A DNA stretch of 60,927 nt from an uncultured Bradyrhizobium sp. (GCA_902826195.1 CADEDX010000001.1:1-60927); one strand, 5' to 3'; shown: positions 36,467-46,072, counted from the first letter of the stretch. The notes: generated from the sequence alone by a model not told the origin. Made by a program: numbers and translations.

Positions 36467-37936
36467 CTATTCGGTGTAGGCGAACCGCTGGATGTGGTTC
36501 GTGTAGCCGAGCGTCGGATGCATGATCGCTTGGAATTGCAGCGGCAAGGTCACGTCGGAATTCTTGCCCGGCACGTTGACGGCGCCGTTGGAGTATTTCG
36601 TCCGCGGCAGGTCGATCAGGATCGTGTGCCCCGACTCATCCGCGCGCGTGAAGCGGATATCGTAGGAGCTGGCCGTATTGTTGATGACCTTGTTCGCCAG
36701 CGTCAGGTTGCCGAAGTAAGTCGAGAGCTGGCCCGTCGTGGTGACTTCGCCGAGGCCGACGCCGGTCGCCCCGATGAAGCCCACGGCCGGCTGCGCGCGG
36801 ACGTTGTTGGCGAACGTGATCGACGCATTGAGGACATAGTTCGGGCCGTCGACGGCGGAGCCGCCTTCGCCGAGCCGGCCGACATTGCTGCTGGAGTTGT
36901 AAACCGAGTTGGTTGCAGCGGGGACGTCGGTCGCGCCGGAGAAGCGCGACGTATCGGCGGTCTGGTCTTTTCCCATCAGCCGCGCGGTGCCGCGGATGAT
37001 GGCCTGCGTCCCGATCTCGAACGCGATGCTATCGAAGGTCATGCCCCGGAAATATTCGTAATCGACCGGGGAATGATCGAGATAGCGGCGCTCGATCGTA
37101 TAGGACTTCTTCGTGGTGCCGTTGCGGATGTAATCGCCCCAAAAGACCTTGATCGTCTTCCCGGAGCCGTCGTCCGCCGTCCAGCCGGACGGAACCACGT
37201 CGAGCAGGATGACGTGATCGGCGACGCTCTGCACGCGCACCCAATCGTTGTTTGCGGCCGTGCCGGCGAATTTGTCGCCCGACGCGGTGCCGCCGACCTT
37301 GAGCCATTCGCCGGCGACGATCCCGAGCGTGGTGAAGTCGAGGACCGTCGAGAAAAGCTGGTTGCCGCCGACCGTCTTCGCTTCGATATCGCCCGACGCG
37401 CCCTGAAAGCCGATCGCCTGAATCTGCGCACCGAGCGGCGGCGCCGCTTCATCGGTGAGCGAGAGCGACGGCCCGACGATGGTCGTGCCGGTCGAGGATC
37501 CGACGCGGAAGATGAGGTTGTTGCCCGCGTTCGTGAAGCCCGTCGTGCGCGCCAGCATCCCGGCCTTGAACGCCGTTCCGCCGGACGCCACGGTGAAGGT
37601 GTCGGAGCTGTCGGTGACTTGCCCGATCTCCGTATCCGCCACGGTGTTGACGATGATCGGCTTGTTGACCCACGTCGAGCACATCGCCGCTTCGATCATC
37701 GTGTCGAGCGAGCCATACGAGAGTTCAAAGCCCAGGTCGCCGGCCGCTTCCGCGCCGACGAGCACAAGGTCAGTGACTTGCCGATCGGCGCGCGCTTCGT
37801 CGCTGACGACGGTCCGCGGCGTGTAGCTGAGGCCGGGGCGCGTCAGGCGCAGAGCGGTGAAGGCCGGGGTGGCGGGCGTTGTGCCGAAGGTGCTTTCGGC
37901 GACAATGCCAACTGCAACGCGATTTGAGTCGGACAT
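36467..37936 (-). CDS. Major tail tube protein
   Basis: MSDSNRV..ESTFGTTPATP..SDEARADRQ..LSTYF..IDLPR. Confidence 0.85.
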   Translation of the reverse strand: MSDSNRVAVGIVAESTFGTTPATPAFTALRLTRPGLSYTPRTVVSDEARADRQVTDLVLVGAEAAGDLGFELSYGSLDTMIEAAMCSTWVNKPIIVNTVADTEIGQVTDSSDTFTVASGGTAFKAGMLARTTGFTNAGNNLIFRVGSSTGTTIVGPSLSLTDEAAPPLGAQIQAIGFQGASGDIEAKTVGGNQLFSTVLDFTTLGIVAGEWLKVGGTASGDKFAGTAANNDWVRVQSVADHVILLDVVPSGWTADDGSGKTIKVFWGDYIRNGTTKKSYTIERRYLDHSPVDYEYFRGMTFDSIAFEIGTQAIIRGTARLMGKDQTADTSRFSGATDVPAATNSVYNSSSNVGRLGEGGSAVDGPNYVLNASITFANNVRAQPAVGFIGATGVGLGEVTTTGQLSTYFGNLTLANKVINNTASSYDIRFTRADESGHTILIDLPRTKYSNGAVNVPGKNSDVTLPLQFQAIMHPTLGYTNHIQRFAYTE

Positions 37937-37950
37937 AGGCGCTCCATATC

Positions 37951-37981
37951 AAACAAAAAGGCGACGCCGAAGCGCCGCCTT
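37951..37981 (-). terminator. Intrinsic terminator upstream of the tail tube gene
   Basis: AGGCGGCGC-TTCG-GCGTCGCCT followed by TTTTGTTT. Confidence 0.7.
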
Positions 37982-38030
37982 GGCCTTGCCCAAGGGCAGG
38001 AGGGCAAACCGGCACCCGCCGGCGATCTCG

Positions 38031-38231
38031 TTATTTGAGCGCGTCGTGAGCCGCGAGCGCGCCGAGAAAAAGGTCATCGAGCATCGCGTCAATGACCGTG
38101 TGAACCGTAAGGCGATGCTGTTCGAGCGTCGCGCGGTTGCCGGCCAGGCCATCCGCAAGCGCAAGCTGAAGCGCTGCCGTGAGGCGCGCGTGGTTCGCCA
38201 TCTGTCGGGCCGTGAGTTGCGCGCGGGTCAT
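38031..38231 (-). CDS. Hypothetical protein
   Basis: ATGA-coupled to the tail terminator gene. Confidence 0.55.
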   Translation of the reverse strand: MTRAQLTARQMANHARLTAALQLALADGLAGNRATLEQHRLTVHTVIDAMLDDLFLGALAAHDALK

Positions 38232-38635
38232 GCGAACAGATCATAGAAATAGGGGACGGAGAACGATAGCCCGAAATAGGTCCCGTCCGACCGGCTCGAA
38301 TTCTGCGGCGGGTTCGGCGCATAGCAGACGACGCCCTCGAAAGTCTGCGCCCGGAAGATCACGGCAAGCTGCGAGCAGAGGCCGCGCGCGGTCATGTCGC
38401 CCCGGTTGGACGGGACCATGACGTGCAGAAAGAAGACGCCTTCCTCGCGAAAGACATTCGATCCCGGTGCGCCAACTGTTTCCTGTTCCTCGAAACCGCC
38501 GGGAAACTCGATGACGACGAAGGCGCTCGGCGGTTGCGGCAATTTCTCGAAGCGTCCGGCCTCGAAGACAGGTGTCGCCGTCCAGTTGGCGCGGAGACGT
38601 TCAACAATACGAGTGGCGGGCGTAAGGCTTGCCAT
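38228..38635 (-). CDS. Tail terminator/completion protein
   Basis: VGAPG..FREEG.F..HV..P; synteny. Confidence 0.7.
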   Translation of the reverse strand: MASLTPATRIVERLRANWTATPVFEAGRFEKLPQPPSAFVVIEFPGGFEEQETVGAPGSNVFREEGVFFLHVMVPSNRGDMTARGLCSQLAVIFRAQTFEGVVCYAPNPPQNSSRSDGTYFGLSFSVPYFYDLFA

Positions 38636-38636
38636 G

Positions 38637-39308
38637 TCATTTCAGCCTCAAGGTGATCGTCGGGAATCGTTCCGAGGCGGCGAGCGGTTGCGAGCGGAGC
38701 TTGTCGCCGGCGCTCGACGCGACGCGCTTGCGGCCGGCGCTGAAACCCACGTAGCGCTCGTAGCCGTATTCTATCCGCAGCACGTTCCCGAAGACGCGGC
38801 GCAGGCGCATCGCGACAAGCTCGAAGACGCCGTTAGGCGCCTGATCGCTCCATCCCGCTTCGATCTTGCGGGCATAGGGGAGAAGGTTCGTCAGTTGCAC
38901 GAGATCGGTCGGCAGCACGTTGACGACTGACGCGCCGACCGGCGCCGCCTCGACGCCATTCACGAACAGCCGCAAGCCGCGCAGATATTCGCCCGTCTTG
39001 ACCGGGGCGAGCTCCGCATAGGTGAGCGCCGCGCGGTCGATCGCCTCATTCATCGTGGCGGCGCCGAGCTTGAACAAGTAGGCGATCGTGCCGCCCTTCT
39101 TGACGTCGAGCTCGGTCGCGCCGATGCGGCCGTCAACAATCGTGTCGTATTGCGGCGCGCGCCCGTTAAGCGCGGCCGTGTTGATCTGGATCGCGTTGTC
39201 GCGCGCTTCGATGGCAGCCTTCGCCACGGCTTCGCGGCGCGCCTTGTCCGTCAGATGGCGCTCGGTAAAAACGTCGATCCGCTGGCCGAAGGGCGTAAGC
39301 CTCGCCAT
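38637..39308 (-). CDS. Neck protein (HK97 gp10-like)
   Basis: APVKTGEY, NLLPYARKIEAGWSDQAPNG. Confidence 0.75.
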   Translation of the reverse strand: MARLTPFGQRIDVFTERHLTDKARREAVAKAAIEARDNAIQINTAALNGRAPQYDTIVDGRIGATELDVKKGGTIAYLFKLGAATMNEAIDRAALTYAELAPVKTGEYLRGLRLFVNGVEAAPVGASVVNVLPTDLVQLTNLLPYARKIEAGWSDQAPNGVFELVAMRLRRVFGNVLRIEYGYERYVGFSAGRKRVASSAGDKLRSQPLAASERFPTITLRLK

Positions 39309-39309
39309 G

Positions 39310-39660
39310 TCAGCCGCGCGCCACGATCTTGAAGCGGACGTAGCGGTCGAGCATCCGGACGGGATCGCACCATAGGACCGTGCGGGTGATCCCGTCGCAA
39401 ATCACGCGGTCGCCTTCCTGCGGCGGGACCGGCCAGCCTTTCGCCTCGAGATCGGTCGGCGAGCAGATGAAAACGCGATCCGTCTGCTTTTGCTCGCCGG
39501 CCAAGGTCTGCGGCTGGCTCTGGCGCACGACGGCCAGCGTCGCGCAGTCGAAGGCGATCGGCTCATCGTCGGCGACGATCGTCTCGCGCCGCAGGATGAT
39601 CGCTTCCCCGTTGCTCGCAAGCTGGCGGTTCAACATGGCGATGGCCTGGTCGGGCGTCAT
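39310..39660 (-). CDS. Head closure / head-tail adaptor
   Basis: GEAIILRR..ICSPTDL..PQEGDRV; synteny. Confidence 0.7.
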   Translation of the reverse strand: MTPDQAIAMLNRQLASNGEAIILRRETIVADDEPIAFDCATLAVVRQSQPQTLAGEQKQTDRVFICSPTDLEAKGWPVPPQEGDRVICDGITRTVLWCDPVRMLDRYVRFKIVARG

Positions 39661-39899
39661 GAATAGCGCTTCCTCCGGGTGAAGATGCGGACGAAGCCGC
39701 GCAACGTGATCTCTTGGATCGCGCGCGTCATCGGGTCGATCACGGGCTTGCCGAATTGGTCATGCTTGAGGACGACGACGAAGCCGCCTTCCTCGTCGGC
39801 GGTCACGCAATGCTCGACTTCCTGATTGTCGAGCAACACGGTCGCATCGTGCGCGCGAGCGTGGTAGCCGCGATCCGACTTAATTACGGAGAGGCGCAT
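39657..39899 (-). CDS. Hypothetical protein
   Basis: CVTADEEGGFV..RGFVRI. Confidence 0.6.
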   Translation of the reverse strand: MRLSVIKSDRGYHARAHDATVLLDNQEVEHCVTADEEGGFVVVLKHDQFGKPVIDPMTRAIQEITLRGFVRIFTRRKRYS

Positions 39900-40167
39900 C
39901 GGCGGAAGCCTTGATCTTCGTCACGCTGAGATCGTCGGACATGACGATGATCCGCGACGGGTTTAGGCCCGAGAGCCCGCGCGAGAAGCTGTCTCGAATG
40001 CGCGCGGCGGTGTCGGCCGAGAGCGGGCCCGGCACCGAGACGAGCAGCGCATCGCCTGGCTGCATGTCGAGGACTTCGACGCGCGGCACGAATTCCGTCT
40101 CGCGGAACCGATGGAGCAACGCGGTTATCGCCGCGATCAAGGCGCGGGCGGTGCTGTTGTTGAGCAT
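39880..40167 (-). CDS. Hypothetical protein
   Basis: LDMQPGDALLV..LS; RBS. Confidence 0.55.
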   Translation of the reverse strand: MLNNSTARALIAAITALLHRFRETEFVPRVEVLDMQPGDALLVSVPGPLSADTAARIRDSFSRGLSGLNPSRIIVMSDDLSVTKIKASADAPLRN

Positions 40168-40175
40168 GGGTCCCC

Positions 40176-40595
40176 CTACCGCGGCAGAAAGCGCACGTCG
40201 AGCGCGGTGTCGCCGGTGTAGGTGCCGGTCGAGACGGCAACCAGCTTGAGGCGATCGCCAATCGGGCCGTGGATCACGGTGTCGTAATCGAGCGCCTTCA
40301 CAGCCGGCACGAAGATCCCCGAGCCCTGCCGCGTCTCGAAGTTGAAGACCTTGCGCGCGTCCGCCAGCGTGAAGCGGAAACAGGCGACGTCGAACCAGAA
40401 GGCGCCATCGTCGAGACTCGTTTGCAGGAAGGCTTTGACGTCGGTCCCGCCCGCCCCGTATCGAAAGTCCGCGAGGATCGTCGCGCCCTGCATCCCGCGA
40501 AGGCCGGTGCGAACGTCGCCCGCATATTCGCCGGCGGCGGCGATGAGAAGCGCCGTGTTCGCGCCATTGAGCGAGAGGGAATAGGGACCGCCCAT
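40176..40595 (-). CDS. Virion-associated beta-sandwich protein
   Basis: FRYGAGGT..LQTSLDDG..WFDVA..GTYTG. Confidence 0.6.
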   Translation of the reverse strand: MGGPYSLSLNGANTALLIAAAGEYAGDVRTGLRGMQGATILADFRYGAGGTDVKAFLQTSLDDGAFWFDVACFRFTLADARKVFNFETRQGSGIFVPAVKALDYDTVIHGPIGDRLKLVAVSTGTYTGDTALDVRFLPR

Positions 40596-41257
40596 CAGAG
40601 CCTCCGGTCTATGTAGGGTTCGAGCGTGTCGGCGAGATCGGTCGGCAGCCCGCTTGAGGAAGCGGTCGGCACGTCGCCAACCCAATACTGCGTAGAGCCC
40701 ACGTCCGGCACGTCTTCGGATTTGACGAGCGGGTCGCGGCTATCGTTGAACCAGCGCATCCGGGCGATCCCGAGGCAGGCTTCCTCGAGAGCCGGCGGCA
40801 GGTTCGTGTCGCTGTTGCCGGGCAGGATGTAGCCGGCCGTATAGGCGACGACGATCCGCGCGCCCGTCCAGCTACACCAGAAGCCCGACGAGAGGCGATA
40901 GAGCAGGCCGCTCGCCGGATCGACTTCGTAGCCGTCCGCGGCGAGCGCTTCGCCATCCACGGTCACGGACTGGATCGACGACACGGGATAGCGGGCCAGG
41001 ATGAGCGGCGCGGCTTCCGGCGTCACCATGCCGGACGTGTTGAGCCGAGCGCGGAAAGTCTCGGCGACGGTTTCGCGCGCCAGCACGCGCCGGGTGGTGT
41101 CCGCGATCCTCCCCGACGCGCGGGCGATGATCTGCTCGATCAAGTCGTCTTTCTCGCTGACGGTGATCCCCATCTGCGCTTTGAACGCTTCGAGGGTTGT
41201 CAGGAGGATCGGCGTCTCTGCCGCCTCCGTGACGGAGAGGATCGCGGAGTAGAGCAT
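40595..41257 (-). CDS. Head-tail connector (gp6-like)
   Basis: LTTLEAFK..RYPVSSI..YTAGY..LPPALEEAC. Confidence 0.8.
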   Translation of the reverse strand: MLYSAILSVTEAAETPILLTTLEAFKAQMGITVSEKDDLIEQIIARASGRIADTTRRVLARETVAETFRARLNTSGMVTPEAAPLILARYPVSSIQSVTVDGEALAADGYEVDPASGLLYRLSSGFWCSWTGARIVVAYTAGYILPGNSDTNLPPALEEACLGIARMRWFNDSRDPLVKSEDVPDVGSTQYWVGDVPTASSSGLPTDLADTLEPYIDRRL

Positions 41258-41262
41258 CGGCG

Positions 41263-41535
41263 TTATGCCTTCTTCTTTTTCCGGGCCTTGGCCGGCGCGT
41301 CGGCGTCGGCCGCCGCCTCGGCCGGCTCGGGATCGGTCGCCGGCACCGGAGCCGGCGTCGGCGCGGGCGCGGGCGCGTCGGGTGCGGCTTCGGCCTTGAT
41401 CCAGCCGCCGGCGATCAGGCCCGGCGCTTCGTTGTCATTGACCAAAGCGACGTCGCCCCGCATGTAGTTCACGACGTTGATCCCGTCGATCGAATAGTCC
41501 AGGTCTTTCAGCACGTCATAGTTTTTCGCTGCCAT
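41263..41535 (-). CDS. Small capsid-associated protein
   Basis: Short globular N-terminus (LIAGGW), Pro/Ala tail, basic end; synteny. Confidence 0.6.
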   Translation of the reverse strand: MAAKNYDVLKDLDYSIDGINVVNYMRGDVALVNDNEAPGLIAGGWIKAEAAPDAPAPAPTPAPVPATDPEPAEAAADADAPAKARKKKKA

Positions 41536-41606
41536 AACGGTATCTCCGGTTCCGGTTGCGCGCCCTCATTCGCCCGCGCGTTCGAGCGCTTGCCCGCGCG
41601 GCGCTG

Positions 41607-42917
41607 TTACTGAATTCCGACTTTCACGCCGACGCCGACGCCGACGCCGCAACCGAGAGCGGGACCGCCGACGACGCCGCCGACGCGCACCGCGCCTTCA
41701 TACCATTGCGAGACGGTCCGCACGTCGAGCGTCCCGGCGTTCACTCGGGTTTGCAGCCCGTCCAAAACGGTCGTGAGGTCGGCCGTGTTGTATTCGATCC
41801 CGGTCGCGCCGGACGCGACGATGCGATGAAACATGAGAGCCATGTTGTCGCCGCGCGCGATAGCGTCATCCACGCGCGTCAGGATCGCCGAGGCGCTGTC
41901 GGTCGCGAGCCCGCCGATGATCGGCATGACCATCCGGCGGCGCTGGAGCCCATAGGCGCTGTTGAAGGTGCGCGGGCTTACCGTGCCGCGCGAAGTCTTG
42001 AAGCCGCGCGCCGCCAGCAGATTGAAGATTTGCTCATCGCCCGCCGAGAGCTGATAGACGCCGTTCGGATAGACGTAGTGCCGCGCGCCGCGCAGGAAGC
42101 CGCGCGTCGTGAGGAAATCCTGATTGGCCGCAATGTCCGCCGCGCGCGCCGCTTCGTCGGCGAGGCTCGTCATCTGCGTGGCGCCGTGGACGCAAAGATC
42201 GTGGCCGGCGGCGTAGAGCGCTTCTAGGTTCGCCTCGGTCATGTAGGTGTCGGCGCCGATCAGGCTGCCGATGATCGCGAAATTCGCCTTGAGGCCGCGC
42301 GCGGCGAGAAGCGGAACGCCGAGCGTGTAGAAGCTCGAATAGCCGTCGTCGGCATAGATCAGGCATTTCGGACGCGCGTGGAACCCCTGATAGCCGGTGT
42401 CGATATAGCAGACGGTTTGCGTCGCGCTGTTCTGGTTGAAGCGAAGCTCGATGACGACGATCGGCGTTGTGTCCCAATCGGGCGAGCCGCCAACGCCCGT
42501 GATCTGGTTGCGGCCGAGCGAAACCCAATGCCAGCCGTTATATTGCTTGTCGCCGTCGGCGAACGGATAGCCTTGGAAATACCGCGCGGTGCCGTAGGTG
42601 CTGTAGGCGTCGAGCTCGATCGACGTGAGCTTCGTGTAATCGGTGACGTAGATCCACCATCCGAGCCGACCGCGCGTATTGAGATAGGGCGTGATCGTCG
42701 CGCCCGCTTCCTTCGTGCGCAGGTTCGACGGCGCGGCCGAGCCGCGGTTGCAAGTGATCTTGATCGACTTGTCGCCGGTCAGGATGAAGGCCGGATCGGT
42801 GTTGAGCTCGATCGAGCTATTGTTGCCGACCAGCGTATAAAGCGCGGTGTCGTCGTAAGGCGACGACAGAACGCCTGGCTCCGTCAGGTAGAAGCCCGGC
42901 AGCGGCGACTTGCTCAT
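41607..42917 (-). CDS. Polysaccharide deacetylase (NodB/CE4) domain protein, probably virion-associated
   Basis: YADDG, GHDLCVHG, YVYPNG, LMFHRI; C-terminal GCGVGVGVGV. Confidence 0.8.
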   Translation of the reverse strand: MSKSPLPGFYLTEPGVLSSPYDDTALYTLVGNNSSIELNTDPAFILTGDKSIKITCNRGSAAPSNLRTKEAGATITPYLNTRGRLGWWIYVTDYTKLTSIELDAYSTYGTARYFQGYPFADGDKQYNGWHWVSLGRNQITGVGGSPDWDTTPIVVIELRFNQNSATQTVCYIDTGYQGFHARPKCLIYADDGYSSFYTLGVPLLAARGLKANFAIIGSLIGADTYMTEANLEALYAAGHDLCVHGATQMTSLADEAARAADIAANQDFLTTRGFLRGARHYVYPNGVYQLSAGDEQIFNLLAARGFKTSRGTVSPRTFNSAYGLQRRRMVMPIIGGLATDSASAILTRVDDAIARGDNMALMFHRIVASGATGIEYNTADLTTVLDGLQTRVNAGTLDVRTVSQWYEGAVRVGGVVGGPALGCGVGVGVGVKVGIQ

Positions 42918-42923
42918 CGGGGA

Positions 42924-44705
42924 TCACCAATCGTTGAAGCCTGCGGGTTTCTCATAGACATAGCTTTCGCCGAAGCCGCCGATGACCTTGCCGCCCATCG
43001 TGTCTGCGTCGTCGTCGGCGCCGGCCATCGCGGCGACGGTCCAAGAGACGCCGGTCGGCAGCGTGGCTAGAGTCGGATCGGTTCCCGCTTCGGGATCGCC
43101 CGACGCCCATCCGCTCGGGCCGCGCACCCATAGCTTCCCCGCGGTCAAATCGACCGCGACGCCGACCGTCTCGTCTTCCTGCACCCAAGCGGCGGCGCTG
43201 ATATCGAGGTTGTCGCCGCCGAATAGAAGCTCGCCGAATTGATATATCCCGACGCTGATCTCGTCGGCGAACCCGCCCGTCGTCGGCGAAAGCGTCTCGG
43301 CCGATCCGGAGAAGGCGAGCGCGAGGCCATTGCCGGCCGCGCCTTCCGTGCGCGCGATGGCCGTGAGTTCGTTGCCGGCCGAGCCGCCTTCGAGGGTCGG
43401 ATGCGCCAGCGTGCCGGGCGATGCAAACGCCGTCTCGCTTTCGCTTATCGCGTTGCCGATGCGGCTGACCGTTTCGGTCATATCGGATTCGTGCAGCTTG
43501 ATCTCGTAGGCGACGGTTTCGCCGTCATCCATGCCGCCTTTGAAGGTCGCGCCGCTCAAGGTCGCCCCGGCGATTGTGGTCGATATCGTGATCGCGTTGC
43601 CGGCCCCGCCCGCCGCCAGCACTTCTAAGGCAACGTCGCTGTCGCCACTTTGCACGTCGATCCCGGCAAGCGGCGTGATCGCGTCGGATACGATGTCTTC
43701 TTCGGTCGATCCGCCCAAGGTCATGCGGATGATGTTGCATTGTTCCGTGATCGACGGCGCCTCGCGGGTCGCTGTGTCGAAGCTGCCGGGGAAGCTCTCG
43801 GTGATTTCGATTTCGTCGGCGGCCGTGATCGCCTCGAGATAAATATCGTCACCTATCGCTTCCGCTCTGACGGTCGTGTTGGCGGTGGTCGCCGCAGCGT
43901 AGAGCGTGCCGGCGCCGGCCTCGAGATTGATCGCGGCGATTAGGTTCGCCATCGTCTCGGTGCGGTTCGCGCCGCGCAGGACGTTCCCGTCCGAATTCGT
44001 GAGCGACGTTTGGATCGTGTAGGTCTTGCCGTCGATCTCGATCGTCGCCGCGTCGGCTGGATTGCCGGTCGAGCCGGTCGATTCCGCGGTCGCCGGGAAG
44101 CCAGGATCAACGAGGATTATGTTGTCGAGCCCGTCGTCAATCGCATCCACGAAGACCCACGTCCGCCCGCCGATCTCCAATTCGTCGCCCGCTTCGGGCA
44201 GCGTGACGAGGATCAGCGTCGCGCGCGCGTTCGCCTCGATCCCGGTGAGGGCATCGCGGAAGGTGTAGGTCACGCCGTCCGCCGTGACCGTCTGGCCGTC
44301 TGTGGGATTTTCAGAGAAGCGGATGAGCGCCGCCGCTTTCCACGGCCCGCCGCCCAAGAAATTGGACGTGTTGTAGCGAACGTGCCGCAGATTGACGTTC
44401 CCGCGCACAAGGCCGGCGGCAACGCTCTCGGTTTGCGCGCTCTCTGACCATTGCGCGGCGGTGATCTCGAAATAATACTTGCCGCTCGAATGGGCGTTGT
44501 TGAGGCGCGCGAGCTTGTAATTCGGCGGCTCCAATGCGCCCGGAACCGGCGTCTCGAAATCTAGGGTCTTGTCCGCAAACAGCAGATCGGGATCGGAAAG
44601 CGCGCGGTCCCATTCGTTCGCTTCCGGCTCGGGCGGCGGTTCATCGCTGCCGCCGAGCCGATCATCCCAAGGTCCGACGCCGATCCCGCACGAAGGCCCG
44701 CGCAT
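42924..44705 (-). CDS. SPRY-domain head-fibre candidate with nested inserted domains
   Basis: SSGKYYFE and VGVAVDLTAGKLW..PAGF halves; N-terminal GIGVG; start 44705. Confidence 0.65.
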   Translation of the reverse strand: MRGPSCGIGVGPWDDRLGGSDEPPPEPEANEWDRALSDPDLLFADKTLDFETPVPGALEPPNYKLARLNNAHSSGKYYFEITAAQWSESAQTESVAAGLVRGNVNLRHVRYNTSNFLGGGPWKAAALIRFSENPTDGQTVTADGVTYTFRDALTGIEANARATLILVTLPEAGDELEIGGRTWVFVDAIDDGLDNIILVDPGFPATAESTGSTGNPADAATIEIDGKTYTIQTSLTNSDGNVLRGANRTETMANLIAAINLEAGAGTLYAAATTANTTVRAEAIGDDIYLEAITAADEIEITESFPGSFDTATREAPSITEQCNIIRMTLGGSTEEDIVSDAITPLAGIDVQSGDSDVALEVLAAGGAGNAITISTTIAGATLSGATFKGGMDDGETVAYEIKLHESDMTETVSRIGNAISESETAFASPGTLAHPTLEGGSAGNELTAIARTEGAAGNGLALAFSGSAETLSPTTGGFADEISVGIYQFGELLFGGDNLDISAAAWVQEDETVGVAVDLTAGKLWVRGPSGWASGDPEAGTDPTLATLPTGVSWTVAAMAGADDDADTMGGKVIGGFGESYVYEKPAGFNDW

Positions 44706-44707
44706 CG

Positions 44708-44989
44708 TCAGTAACCGGCCTTGACCGTTGCGGTTGTCGCCTCCTTGACCCGCGACGCGGCGCAGGGGATCACGTCGCCGGCGACGAGGCCGGTCAGGGC
44801 GTGCTCGTTGCCGCCGGCGTCGAGCCAGGTCACGTCGCCGGCCGCGAAAACCATGATCCCGCGCGCGAGGCCGTCCGGAAGATCGGCGTCGTCGTCCGGC
44901 GTCACGGCTTTGAGGACGGTGAAGGGACCGCCCGGAAGAAGCGTGAAGCCCGTCCAAGGCGCGGCGAGGGCGATGAGAGGATTTGCCAT
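44708..44989 (-). CDS. Head spike base protein (RcGTA Rcc01079-like)
   Basis: AVTPDDDADLP..ARGIMV..AGDV..G..GDVIP..SRV..TTA. Confidence 0.75.
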   Translation of the reverse strand: MANPLIALAAPWTGFTLLPGGPFTVLKAVTPDDDADLPDGLARGIMVFAAGDVTWLDAGGNEHALTGLVAGDVIPCAASRVKEATTATVKAGY

Positions 44990-45003
44990 CGGGGTATCTC
45001 CTG

Positions 45004-45041
45004 AAAAGGAAATGCGGGCGGCCCGCGCGGAGCCGCCCGCA
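45004..45041 (-). terminator. Intrinsic terminator
   Basis: GCGGGCGGC..GCCGCCCGC followed by ATTTCCTTTT. Confidence 0.55.
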
Positions 45042-45046
45042 GTCAG

Positions 45047-45529
45047 TTACGCAGCGACGAGACGCTCGAATTCCACGACGACATGACCGCGCGGCGAGCC
45101 GCCCGCGCCGCCGCCGGCGACGGTCAGCACGAGCGCCTGGCCGGCCGTGAGGACGTTGAGCGCGCTCGGCGTGGCGCTGTCGATATCGCCGGCCGCCGAC
45201 GCCGCGGTCGCGATGGTGACGACGCCATCGGTGACGCCGACGCCGCCGATCGAGGCCGTGATCGTCACGTCGGCCGTCGAGACGGCCCCGGCGATGACCG
45301 ACCAGATCTTTTTCACGCGCGAAGCCCACGGCGAAATGAGGTAGTAAACCGCATCCGCCGACAGGTCCGCGATATCGAGCGTCATCGCGAAATTGCCGTC
45401 GAGCGTGCCGCCGGCGGGAGAGACGATCGCGCCGCCCGGCTCGACCGTGACGCGACCGCCATCGGCGACGACGAGCTCGTTGCCGCCCTGGCGCTTGTAA
45501 ACTTTCGGCTGATAGGTCTTATCGACCAT
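45047..45529 (-). CDS. Capsid decoration-like protein
   Basis: YQPKVY..QGGNELVV.DGG..; head-module synteny. Confidence 0.6.
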   Translation of the reverse strand: MVDKTYQPKVYKRQGGNELVVADGGRVTVEPGGAIVSPAGGTLDGNFAMTLDIADLSADAVYYLISPWASRVKKIWSVIAGAVSTADVTITASIGGVGVTDGVVTIATAASAAGDIDSATPSALNVLTAGQALVLTVAGGGAGGSPRGHVVVEFERLVAA

Positions 45530-45631
45530 CGGATTCTCCGTTGGTTGCAGCGGACGACTGTCCGCCTAGTCCCGAGGACACGGGCGAAAGGGAAACGGGC
45601 GGCCGAAGCCGCCCGCCTCAGTGGACTCCGG

Positions 45632-46072
45632 TTAGGTCGCGGCCGGAGGATTCGCGGTCGGCATCTCGCGCGCGTGGCCGCGCAGCGCGACGCCCGCGAT
45701 GAAGATGTTGCCCGAGTCGTTCCCGGTCGGCGTGACCGTGACGCGGACATATTTCTTCATGCCGAGATAGCCGATCTTCTTGACCTTCTTGTCGTCGGCG
45801 GCGGCGGTGAACCCGGCGAGCGCTTCGGTGCCGATGAGATACTTGTCATCGACCGCGACGTTATCGCCGAGCGCCGGATCGTCGCCATCTTCGACCAGAA
45901 CCGCGAACGTGGCATCGGTGTCCGTGTTCGTGCCGAGGATGAGCAGTAGCGTCAGGCTCTCATAGCCAGCGGTCGGGATGATCTCCGACACGATGGGGGT
46001 GTTGTCGGTCCGCGCCGCGATCGGCGCGATCAGGGTGAGCGGAGCGATGTTGTTCATCAAATCTCTACGCAT
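45632..46072 (-). CDS. Capsid accessory/cement protein
   Basis: RDLMNNI..GYES..KIGYLG.KKYVRVT; directly after the MCP. Confidence 0.7.
   Translation of the reverse strand: MRRDLMNNIAPLTLIAPIAARTDNTPIVSEIIPTAGYESLTLLLILGTNTDTDATFAVLVEDGDDPALGDNVAVDDKYLIGTEALAGFTAAADDKKVKKIGYLGMKKYVRVTVTPTGNDSGNIFIAGVALRGHAREMPTANPPAAT

Noticed and set aside
44706-45329. N-terminal extension of the 801-aa ORF
   Set aside because: Arg-rich off-frame read-through over the spike-base and decoration genes; the likely start is 44705
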